Source of the DNA: Yuukianura sp. NJ FZ-2021 | Taxonomy: Eukaryota | Assembly (NCBI GenBank): GCA_046563655.1 | Contig: CM102287.1 | Span: 2,170,001 to 2,234,000, forward strand | Reading direction: 5' to 3' | Length of the DNA stretch: 64,000 bases | Shown here: positions 12,301-21,756 of the stretch, piece after piece | Position numbering within the stretch: the first letter of the stretch is position 1 | Layout: every line of letters starts with the position of its first letter | Translations under genes and position numbers: made by a program | The notes under the pieces: model-generated | The model's database searches: none | Told to the model about the DNA's origin: nothing | The model's input: the letters and a program-made list of their open reading frames with translations, nothing else

Positions 12301-15300
12301 GCAGGACGACCCTAATGGAGCACATTTCCCACGCTTTCTCTTTTATTCAACAAACATCGCTAACATTTTCATCATTTTTTTCTATTTTAGGGAAAGCTGG
12401 CGCTAGTGGGCCAAAGGGGGACAAGGGCGAAAGAGGTCAGTAATCAGTGCTCACGTTCGGAAAAAAAATTGTAATTAACGTAACTTTTTGTGCTAATTGC
12501 GGTTTTTGTTAGGTTTTACTGGTTTGACTGGAACAGTCGGCCCAAGCGGCCGTGATGGCATTCCTGGTATTCCCGGAGTCAATACGACAGTATTCGTCGG
12601 AGGCGGAGTGGACACGGGAGCACTCAACACAACAATTCTCATCCCACCATCAATCATGGGTTATTTGACTCAAAATAGACTTGCTCTTTGATCTTGAATT
12701 GACCTTTGACCTTGACCTAGGGACTTTTCAGGGTCAGACACAAGAGTGCGTCCACTGGTGGTGATGGAGGGTGAGACAGTGCGACTGCGTTGTAGTGCCA
12801 CTGGCTCTCCAGTGCCTCGGATTACCTGGGCACGCGAAGATGGATTGCCGATTCATCAAGGCCTCATTGCATGTGAGCCACTTACACTTTGGTCCTATCC
12901 AATTGTAGTGAAACAAGGCCTTTCAGGCCTAAAATAAACGAAAACACACTACAAGTTTGTTTTGCCTTCCGTGGTGGAAGGTAGAAATGAACTTTTTATT
13001 CAAAGTAAATGAAATTGAAAAGTCCAGTTTGACCTCGCAGAGGTCAACCTGGCGAGTAGTAAAGGTGAACTCTGTCCAAGCGGAGCAGAGTCACAGTAGA
13101 GAATGAATTGTATGTACAGGCGGCGCTGGGTCCTTTTATAGGGCCCAGACCGGAAACTACGAGGAGTAAAAGAAAAGGAAATCTAACTCCAAATTAACAT
13201 GTTGGTAAACATAAGTCTAATTTTGCACACTAGGTCAATGACCTAACTAGTACAATCTGGTTTCTAGTTTACATTTTACAAAAAGACAAAAGATTTCTAA
13301 TTAGAAGATTTGCATGTTTCGATTATGTGAAGTTGGAGTCGCTGAGTTGGAACGGTCATTTCATGACACAATTAACTTTCTCTTTTAGTTCCCTTTGTTT
13401 AGCCCTTGGCCCTCATTTAGCCCGCTTCATCCCACAGGAGGCTAAATTAATTAGTCCAAAATCAATACAACTACGAAACCCACTCCATTGCACTCCAGCA
13501 CCACTTTTACAACAAACTTCAAAGCACAACTTTTACATGAACGCGCACTCACGCTCTAAGTCCCACAGGAAATGAACACTTCATCTTTACAAAAATAAAC
13601 AAAGATTCTACTCCCCTCGAGCTCCATGAACCATTGAACCGCATCTACTCCCAACCAATCAAAATTCGACCTTTGACCTCCTCTCATGAACTTCTAACCG
13701 ACTTTTGCTTTTTGCGTTTGTCAGATTCGGATATTGGTGACCCCCTGCTCAACTTCACCAAGGTCAACAGAATTCACATGGGGGTAAGCAAACCAAAAAA
13801 GCAGAACTTTTTTTTTGAAATTTTCAAAAGAAAATTTACAAAGTGAAAGTATTTCAATCAAGTTTGGAAGGATCGAAGTTCATTTTTTTTTAATTTTTAG
13901 CGCTATGTTTGTTTTGCGGATAATGCCGTGACCCCGTCTGCGTCTAGAACTCACGCCCTTCATGTCAATTGTAAGGCCGAAGCTTGTCATTTCGTTTACG
14001 AACTTTTGTGATGTGACCTTGAGGTCATATTTTTGTTAGTCGCTCCTAGAATTGTGGTGAGTAAGCATCAGGTTGGCGTCATCTTAGGAAGAACGATTGG
14101 GCTGGAGTGTGAAGTGGAAGCTTTCCCCAGAGGAGCCACGGCCTGGCAGACGCCGGAGGGAAAGTACATCACTTCAATCTCAAATGAAACCAAACACACC
14201 ACTTCCTCCGTGGAATACGACCTCTACAAGGTCACCATTTCATCAAAATACTGAAATTGTTTGACCTTTGGCCTCTTTGTATCTTGATTTGACCTTTGAT
14301 CAACACAGGTCAAAATGACTCTCACGGTGAGGTATACCACCCGAAATGACCTTGGTCTGTACTTCTGTATTGCCAAAAATACTTTTGACCTTGTCAAGGG
14401 CGAGGTCACTCTTGGCGGTAAGATCAATTTTTATTAAATTTTTCAAAAGTTAACTTTTGGAAAGTCATTTTTCTCAAAAATCAAAACCAAAAACTGAAAA
14501 AAATGTCGTTGATATTTGCCGTTCAACTTTTATAACACATGGGATGTAGGAAATTTCCTATCAAAAGTTTCCGATTTTTCGTACGTGGCGTGAAGCTGTT
14601 TTTAGTTTTTTTGAGTTTTTTTTTGGTTTTCCAGAGTTGCCTTCAAGTCATCCGACGCCTCCACCAGGATTCGAATCCACAACCGGGCCTCCAAAAGTAT
14701 TTGGGAAGGTGTGAAAACCATAATTAGCCATAAACACTTCCATAAATTAAACCTAATGGTTATTATACCCCAATTAACTTGTCTTTTGTATTGATTTTAG
14801 CCACAACCTGATCTGGAAGCAGAACAGGAACTCTGTCGGCCTCCACCTCCTTGCCCCAGTTGTCCCCCCAGAATAGAAGTGAGCAGTAGACTGTGCACTC
14901 CAAGTGGCTACCAACTCTTAGGTAACAAACAAGTTCTGTTCATTCAAAATTCCCAGGTCATTTGGAATGCCAAAGGTCAAAGGTCATTTGGTTTTGTTTC
15001 TAGATAAGTTTGCTTGGGACGTTTCTCGTTTAGGGAATTACTCCCTGCCGGACGATAGGAACAGAACTGACGAGGGAGGTGAGACCAGAAGTGGAAGCTA
15101 ATAAATCTACAACACTTTCACTTTTGTCTATCTTTTTGTTAAAGGTTTAGAACTTACGTAAATCTTCTGTTTTGGTTAGGTTGTGGCTTGTCAGCCGTGG
15201 GGAAGCCAGTGTTCCATGGGGAATTTAAGCACAATGGCAGTTGGATGCGTGATTCGTCGACGCAAACACCAGAATCTGAACTCTACTTTAAAACGCACAT

Positions 15301-18300
15301 GGATAGGACGTATGTGCTCTACGAGTATGTCAACAAAACGACTTTCACCAAGGAGCAAGTGGCTAACGAATACAATCCGGTCATTCCACACTTTCAGGTA
15401 AGAAAAAACTAATTTTAAATTTTATTTTAGTAAATTCAAAAACTTTTGAGAGAAAAGCTGGAGTCGTGATTCACGACTTTCTAATTGCAAAATGGCTAAT
15501 TTCAGAAACATAATTTCTTATGGTAATTTCAAAAACATATTTTTTGAAAAATTGGTCAAAATGCTTTTGGCGCAGAATGTTAGTGTTGAAACTGAGATTA
15601 AGGAACAATGTTCTTCTCAAACTGAGTCGTTAAGGGCCTGTTTCAAGAGAGTCCATGAAACTTTGTGCGTTAATAAACTTTGGAATGGGCCTTAGGAATT
15701 ATGAAAGAATGGAGTGGGGCCTCTCCCAACTTCAATTCAATAAAGTTTATACCCGGTACGCCGGAGTTCCTGGAAGGCTGCTTGTTCTGTAATGACCCTT
15801 AAGGGACGTTCTGGAACAGTTTAATGAGTCACGAGGGACAGCAGCTTCCCTGCAAGTATTCTGTTATGGCTTCTTGTCGATGTAGGCTTTTCGAAGGGCC
15901 AGTACTTTGTGGTGCATCGGCAGAAGTGTCCGAGTGTGCAGTTTCCCTGTGGCCATATCCACTTCCTATCAAATTCGGAATTGGTTAGCTAAGCTTAAGC
16001 TTCAATTAGTTTAGGCTTAGGTTTGAGTTAGGCTTAAGCTTAATTTAGGATATGTTAAGCCTAGGTGTTAATGAAGGGCGTTAATTACCTGGAGTAGAGC
16101 AGCATTTCGCTCAAGAGCTGTTTGGTGAAGGTGGGCGTGGATTAGAGCCAAGTCCCCCGGGGCCTTGATTGATCGCAGGTCAATCAATCTGCTGCCAAGG
16201 GCCCTCCGCCTCTCTTCTCTGCAAATTATCAAAGTGTCAATTAGGTTAAGGTTTTAATTTTGCCTAATTGTGTTAGTTCAGCGTCTTCCTCAGCTTGGGA
16301 GAAAGTTATTAGGTTAGGGTTTCAAAAGTTCCGCACAGTTGAGATTTAGAATTAGATTGAATTTGGATGTAAAAATAGAATTTTTGATTTTTAAAATTGT
16401 ATTTTTGAGTTGAAAAGAAGGAAATGGAGATAGGAGGATGAGTAATTGATTAGGTTAGGTTTTTTAGTGGAGTACGTTGGATTATGTTTGAAATGATTAG
16501 GAAAATTGAATTTGGAGATTGGGTCTTACAGAGCTGCTAGTCGAGCGTTGACTGCCTGTTCGTCAGCCACAACTTTCTCCATGATTTGTGTCAAACGAGG
16601 TCAAAGTCTCTGAGTACAAGAGTTGACTAGGACGAGAATCAGCAGGACACTACTGATTTGGAGCAGAATTGATTTTGATTGGGAGTGATGATTCTTCAAG
16701 AACTTTTTGTTTAGTCTCTGTTTTCATCATGTTTCCACGGAAACGTTTTTCTCCACTCACTTGCTTTCTCCACTTATGTCTTCCTTACCTCTTACCTGTC
16801 ATCGAGATGGAGAAAGTGAAAAGGGCTTTGGTTTTTTTTACAGGGTTTGCTTTTCACTCCTACTAAGGCTTAAAAAAATAAATTGAAACATGAAAACTTT
16901 GAATTTGGAAAAAAGAGTGCGGAAAATAGGAATTTCGCCTTTTTGTAGTAAAAAAAATTTTTTTTTTTCAAATTCGTGTCTTGTCTTTCCATTTGATACT
17001 TTAATTTATGAATCATAAATTGAGTATTGAGTGAATGTTGAAAAAAATATGAATTATCATCTTACTTGTGTTCACCCGAAGAGAAAAGAGATCTTGTCAG
17101 TGAAGTTTAGCACTCTTTTTTGAACAAAAATTTTTAGGAAACATTGAATTGTGACAAGTCAAAGAATTTGTTGCAATTCAAAAATAATAGTTATTTTTTA
17201 AATGTGGAAAGATTTTTACTGATTATGAATGGGTAAGATTTTAAATCAATTAGATTTTTAAAGTATAATTTCAGCGTATAAGGTAGAGAAAACTGATTCT
17301 GTGTGGATTCCAATTTCGAAATTACTTCCAAGTTGGTATTGTCGTTTGAAGTGTTTGGTGGAAATGGAAAAATGCGCTTGATAGAGATAGTGAAAGTGGG
17401 TTTTGAGTGGGAAGCGATTTTTGGTTGAGGATCGTTTTGTGAAGTGAGTCTGGTTGTGATTTGTATTGTACTGGGAGGATGGCACTGACACTTCCGCATC
17501 TCCACAAAAACCTAACTTGCAGCAGGGGTCCCTGTCTCGTCCTGGAAGAGTGACACACCGTGGCCATTCAGTTGACCTCATCCTACATCCCTTTATCCCT
17601 GTCCAGGGAGTGACAACTCTAATCCCATTAGGTCCACACACAAAAGTCACGACTTGTGGCAGATCGTGTCAGAGGTCATATAAAGTTACGTGAGGAGAGA
17701 GGGAGGAGTGACCTGAGTAGTTTACCTTTACGGGGAAACGGAGAGGGAGACTTCTGAGAATAGGGGGGACTTGAGGGAAAAGGAAGTTTGTTGTCTTTAA
17801 TTCTATTAGTTCTTTGTATGGGTTCCCCATTTCGGTCGAATGGAAAACAACTTTGTTCCCAGTGGAGACACTACGAGTCCACATCCCAGCAAATGGAAAA
17901 AAGACTCAAGTGACCACTTTCACCCCAACTGCCTTTGAAATCGGTTTCCAGAAACCGGGGGACGGTGGAGATCATTTTACCGCAGAAGCACACAAAAAAA
18001 AAACTCACTTTCTGCCGTCGGACCAAAAAATTGGGAGAGAGAAAGCGATTCGATGGAAAAATTTAGCGGAGAAAGCAATTAGAAAGTTTAGAAATCAAAT
18101 GTGTGCGTGACTGTGTATGTATTTTTAATTCTTTAGAATTGTAAAAAATTGATTATTTTTCAGGGAAATTTTCACGCTATTTTCAACGGAAGCTTCTACT
18201 ACGTCGCTGCTGAACCGGACAATGAGAACCGCCTTAGAATCATCCAGTATTCTCTGAATCAGCGCAAAAACGTTTCCGGTAAACATAATTGACCTTTGAC

Positions 18301-19692
18301 CTCAATGTGGAAAAGGAGCAAATGAATTGAAGTACTTTTTCATTTTCTTTTCGTTTGTTTTCATTTCCTAGAAATTTCGCTTCCGTACTCTTCTAATGCG
18401 TCAGCCCCACTCTACTCCCCCAGAAGTCCCGTCGCCTCCATCTCCAAAGTGGATTTGGCAGTAGATGAAAACGGACTGTGGGCCATCTACACCACTCCAG
18501 ACAGCACAAACACAATCGTCGTCAAGGTGAGGAGGTCAGAGGTCAACGACCTCTGCTTCTCAGGGGGTAAATGACCTGCATGATACAAATTGTAACGTTG
18601 GAGAATCTTGTGTTTGCTTTCAAGGACAAGTTGAACTTATTCTGGAGTTCTTGCCGTTTCACTTCGTTGGTTTGGTTGCCTTTGGAGTGGGACTGAGAGA
18701 AAGTGATGAAAGTGAAAGGTTGAAAGTCAACAAAGGAGCCTTTTAATTGGGAATTTTAAGCAAAAGAGTCCAATCCACACTTTCCTTTTGCATCTTCTGT
18801 TCTTTGAACAGTTCAACTTCCTTTGTTTTCTGTCACGAATTGGTCCACTAATTAAATCCAGGCTTCCACTAAACGTCAACAAATGAACGGAGTTTGATTT
18901 CAAAGTTAGATTCTTCTCTCACTTCTCCAATACTTCTACTTTTGCGAAACTTCACTTGCAATTTTATAGAATTTGACTTTTAGTTTTGTGAAATTGATTT
19001 GTGAGTTGTTCTGATGCTGGCGGCGCTGCTGGCATTGCCAAACGTGTGTATGCGTCCGTATCGTTTGTCCTTTTTGAAATGGAAAGCGATTCAGCGATTG
19101 TTTTGGAAGAAAATTAATGGTTGTTTTTGTATGTAAAATTAACCGATGTTGTGCAAATACTGTTGGCATTTTTTTTTAATTTGATCTGTTTTGAATCGTT
19201 TTCAGATTGAAGTGAAGGAGAACCGTCTGGAGATTGTGTATGGCTGGAACATCACAATCAGCCATCTCCATGCTGGCGATATGTGGATCACTTGTGGCAT
19301 CCTCTATGCAGGTAATACGCATCTGCTGGAAAATTAAAAATAACAAAACTGTTCAAAATAGAAAATTTTCAGAATAAAAATTGTAAAATTTTTCAGTGGA
19401 CAGTGTGAGGGAGAGGGACAGCAAAATCAGGTAAGCGAATTACATTCACTCTCACACAACTTTCAGTAAAAAGAAGCCGGAAATCACCGATTTTTGTTTT
19501 TGATACAGACTTGGCCTTGACCTCTACCGTCGGAAACTGCTGCACAAACTTGACCTCCAATTTACAAATCCCTTCATGCAAACATCAATGGTTTCGTACA
19601 ATCCCGGAGCCAAACAACTGTTAACACTAGATGCAGGGAACCTGCTCGTATACCCTGTCAAAGTCTCTTACCTTGTCCCCAACGAGCCCTGA
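392..19692 (+). CDS. Colmedin/gliomedin-like type II membrane protein (TM - furin site - collagen Gly-X-Y - 2 Ig domains - olfactomedin domain), about 27 exons
   Basis: Hand-spliced GT-AG exons stay in frame: 392-715 (TM LFFLTVLVSAILITA), 3612-3821, 11023-11065 (VMAIQDFCSKTKDYC), collagen exons 11151-12659, Ig1 12732-13970 (LRCSATGSPVPRITW...YVCFADN), Ig2 14040-14417 (LECEVEAFP...GLYFCIAKN), olfactomedin 15180-19692 (GKPV..GSWMRD, VDLAVDENGLWAIY, TCGILYAVDS, MVSYNP); TGA at 19690-19692. Architecture matches invertebrate colmedins (Drosophila CG6867 type). Confidence 0.92.
2058..3566. mobile_element. hAT-type MITE (outer element of a nested pair)
   Basis: TIRs CAGAGGTGGTAGCCTGCA / TGCAGGCTACCACCTCTG; 8-bp flanks ATGTATCT / AGGTATCT (7/8); many subterminal GCCTGCA repeats; no transposase ORF. 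Confidence 0.85.
2425..3075. mobile_element. hAT-type MITE nested in the 2058-3566 element
   Basis: TIRs TAGACTTTCACGGCTC / GAGCCGTGAAAGTCTA; perfect 8-bp TSD CTTTTGGT (2417-2424, 3076-3083); subterminal GAGYCG repeats. Confidence 0.92.
4558..5583 (+). mobile_element. Non-autonomous Helitron (Lep1-like) with internal ~123-bp tandem repeats
   Basis: 5' TCTACTTATATAAAA followed by a (TG)n tract and ACCGATTTGG; 3' hairpin CCCGCTT-TCAC-AAGCGGG then CTTG; lies between A and T with no TSD; about 4 units of a TGACCTTTGACC-containing 123-bp repeat. Confidence 0.78.
6471..8443 (+). mobile_element. Composite non-autonomous Helitron (two 5' ends at 6471 and 7060, one 3' end)
   Basis: Two copies of the 5' block TCTCTATA..AAAATCGAGACCCTGTTTATCT(GT)n; 123-bp repeats (anchors at 6748, 6871, 6994); 3' hairpin CCCGCTT-TGAC-AAGCGGG then CTTG at 8440-8443; A|T insertion site; same family as 4558-5583. 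Confidence 0.78.
7690..8362. repeat. ~20-bp minisatellite (consensus about ATTGGTAGCGGGTTCCCGTA), roughly 30 degenerate units
   Basis: Directly visible tandem units inside the Helitron; explains the spurious repetitive ORFs at 7242-8390. Confidence 0.9.
8575..8912. repeat. GC-rich ~43-bp minisatellite (CCCCCCCGGGGGAGTGGGGGTGGGTTCCCCCCACTTTTCCG), about 8 units
   Basis: Tandem units with G and C runs and internal dyads; explains the Pro/Gly-rich ORFs in all six frames. Confidence 0.9.
9315..9578 (-). mobile_element. Helentron-associated/DINE-1-like short element (second, adjacent copy)
   Basis: Read on the minus strand: palindromic subTIR AAGTAGCGAAGCTACTT, (GTCC/GTCT)n microsatellite, complementary subTIR GCTTCGCTACTT, stem-loop TCCGG..CCGGA and a T-rich end; homologous to about 9130-9320. 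Confidence 0.7.
11498..11690. repeat. AT-rich low-complexity 8-bp repeat (TAATTTTA)n followed by its reverse complement
   Basis: Visible in a colmedin intron. Confidence 0.75.
15864..16582 (-). CDS. CEP15/C3orf14 (DUF4570)-like small coiled-coil protein, 94 aa, nested antisense in a colmedin intron
   Basis: Exons 16582-16530, 16218-16089 and 15965-15864 with GTAAG/TGCAG and GTAAT/GATAG sites; phases match. Product: MEKVVADEQAVNARLAALEERRRALGSRLIDLRSIKAPGDLALIHAHLHQTALERNAALLQEVDMATGKLHTRTLLPMHHKVLALRKAYIDKKP*. The C-terminal half resembles the recalled C3orf14 segment [32 protein letters not shown]. Confidence 0.75.
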
Positions 19693-19910
19693 GGTCAACA
19701 AGGTCAGCCCGGGGTATCCTATCCTATATCTTATCCTAACCTGTCAAAACATTTCTTAGAACATAATCACCAGAGGGAGGAATTACTTTACTTTTAAAAC
19801 TTGTCAAAAGACATTAGGTTAGAAACTTAAATGTTATGGACTGGACAAATTCCGAGAATTAGGTTAAAATACTAGAAAAACTAGTTAGAAACAGAAAGGG
19901 AATAGGCAGT

Positions 19911-21222
19911 TCACTTTTCACTTATGACGACACTAAGGGTCCCCTTCAGTTCCCTCAGCAGTTTGTCATTTTCCAATGTCCCTGCTGCAATTCCTTCCTG
20001 GACAGCCTTGATGGCTCCGATCTCTGAGATTACTCCAGCGGCATGGCTATGAAGGTCTTTCAGAGCCTCAAATCGCTCAGACAGTTCAGGCAGAGCCTCG
20101 ATTGTAGCTGCAGAAGTCTCCAGAAGGTCGTACAGCGAAGACAACTGCAAATGACAAATCGATTATTAATTAGTTATGGTTAATTAAGTTATACGGTACA
20201 GTTAAGGGTAATTTAAGGATCAATTGACTGAATTTGAGAAGGAAATGTCACCTTCAAGTTCCGCTCCAGCTCCTGTACATCCAGTTTCTTTTCGACAATG
20301 CTGTTCACCTTTTGAAGAACGGAAGCAAGGCGTGACTCGATGATTTCAATGTGCGCAGGTTCCAGTAGTCCCAGTTTACTATGTAACACCGTCAAAGCAC
20401 CAAGGACGCTACTATGTCTCGATTGGAAGCCAAGAGGAGCCTAACAACAGGAAGGATTTTACAATTTGGAATGGATTGTTAATTAATAATTGAATAAGTT
20501 TACAATAAATATTGGTTTCTTACGAGGTTCTCCCTGCTTTGGCCTAATACGTGCTCCAGACGTTGGATACGAGCCTCCAGTTCAGTGGCCCTCTGTCCAA
20601 TGGATCCAGCGGAACTCAAGTTCAATGTCTTCTCCAAATGGAGTTCGTACTGAAGACCATTAGGATCCGACTCTGGCTTCTTGGCGTATCCCGCTAAACG
20701 TTCCTGGAGCACACTGGGATTCGGATGTCTACTTTTGATGAGCATCCCCATCTTCTTCTCCAGTTCCTGCAATTCATCTATTTGGTTCGGATCTGATGGA
20801 GGATTGGCCACCATTTCCTCAGCTAGCTCAGCCACCTCTAATTTGAGTCGAGCCAATTTCTCGGCTATGGTTTCCTTGCGTGGTTCGACTACAGGATCAT
20901 TGGAGTAGCCTTTGTAGAGGTCGAAGAAGTTGACGTTCCCATGCAGACGCTGTAGACGGAATCGCTCAAAGGCGGCTTCGACGCTGATCGATGGGGTTTC
21001 GATGCAAGGATTACTCACTTCATCATACCGCCCAAAATCGACGTATTGATCGGATTCTGGCAAGTCCGGTGTCTCGTACACGTCTGGCTGATCGTGAGCC
21101 TACAACAACAACAGTAATTAAATTACCGTTTAGTTAACATTAAGATTTTAGCAGCTTACGATTCCCGGTAGATTTTCATACTTGGAGTTGGAGGTGAATC
21201 CACCAGGTATTACAGATGACAT
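19911..21222 (-). CDS. DCTN2: Dynactin subunit 2 (p50/dynamitin), 4 exons
   Basis: KYENLPGI|AHDQPDVYETPDLPESDQ N-terminal signature, ETIAEKLARLKLEVAEL, LPELSERFEALKDLH; canonical introns; TGA at 19911-19913. Confidence 0.95.
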
Positions 21223-21756
21223 CTTCTAATCAAATCCACAGCTACACTTTTCGGGCTAAATTAATTGATTTGCCTGATTGAATTGATCACTAATCAATCA
21301 GTTCAACACTTGAAAAATATTAATTATTGAATTTTTAGAATTGAGGAGTTTGGAATTGAGAATTTGGAATTTCAATTTGATTTTGAATGAATTTTGAAAT
21401 TTTTTAAAATTAATTTTGACACTTTCAAAATGTTTTCCCGCAAATTCTCAAGTTACCCCAATAGCTGTACTGTCTAATTCACAGAAAAAGAAAAACGTCA
21501 GACAGACTTTTGGGGGAACCTTGAGACAAAGAGCGGGAACTTAATTTGAAAACAGTAAAAAAAAACACAAACACTGAATTTTAATTTGATTGAATTTCTT
21601 ATTTTCTTTCTTCAGTTCATCAGTGTTCGTTCGGTACTCTTCTCCAGTTCGTTCAGTAGTGCTTTCGGTTTCTGCATCTGATCTGGTTCCTCATTTCTGC
21701 TGAATTAATCAAGTAATCAGCAAAAGTAATCATCGATTAATCACCTATCAAGAGTT

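Noticed and set aside
12960..13240. Possible solo LTR in a colmedin intron (minus-strand TATA-like and AATAAA-like motifs)
   Set aside because: I could not find TG...CA termini with a matching TSD.
17258..17650. Cys-containing minus-strand ORF as a second nested gene
   Set aside because: No ATG, weak acceptor and no phase-compatible partner exons found.
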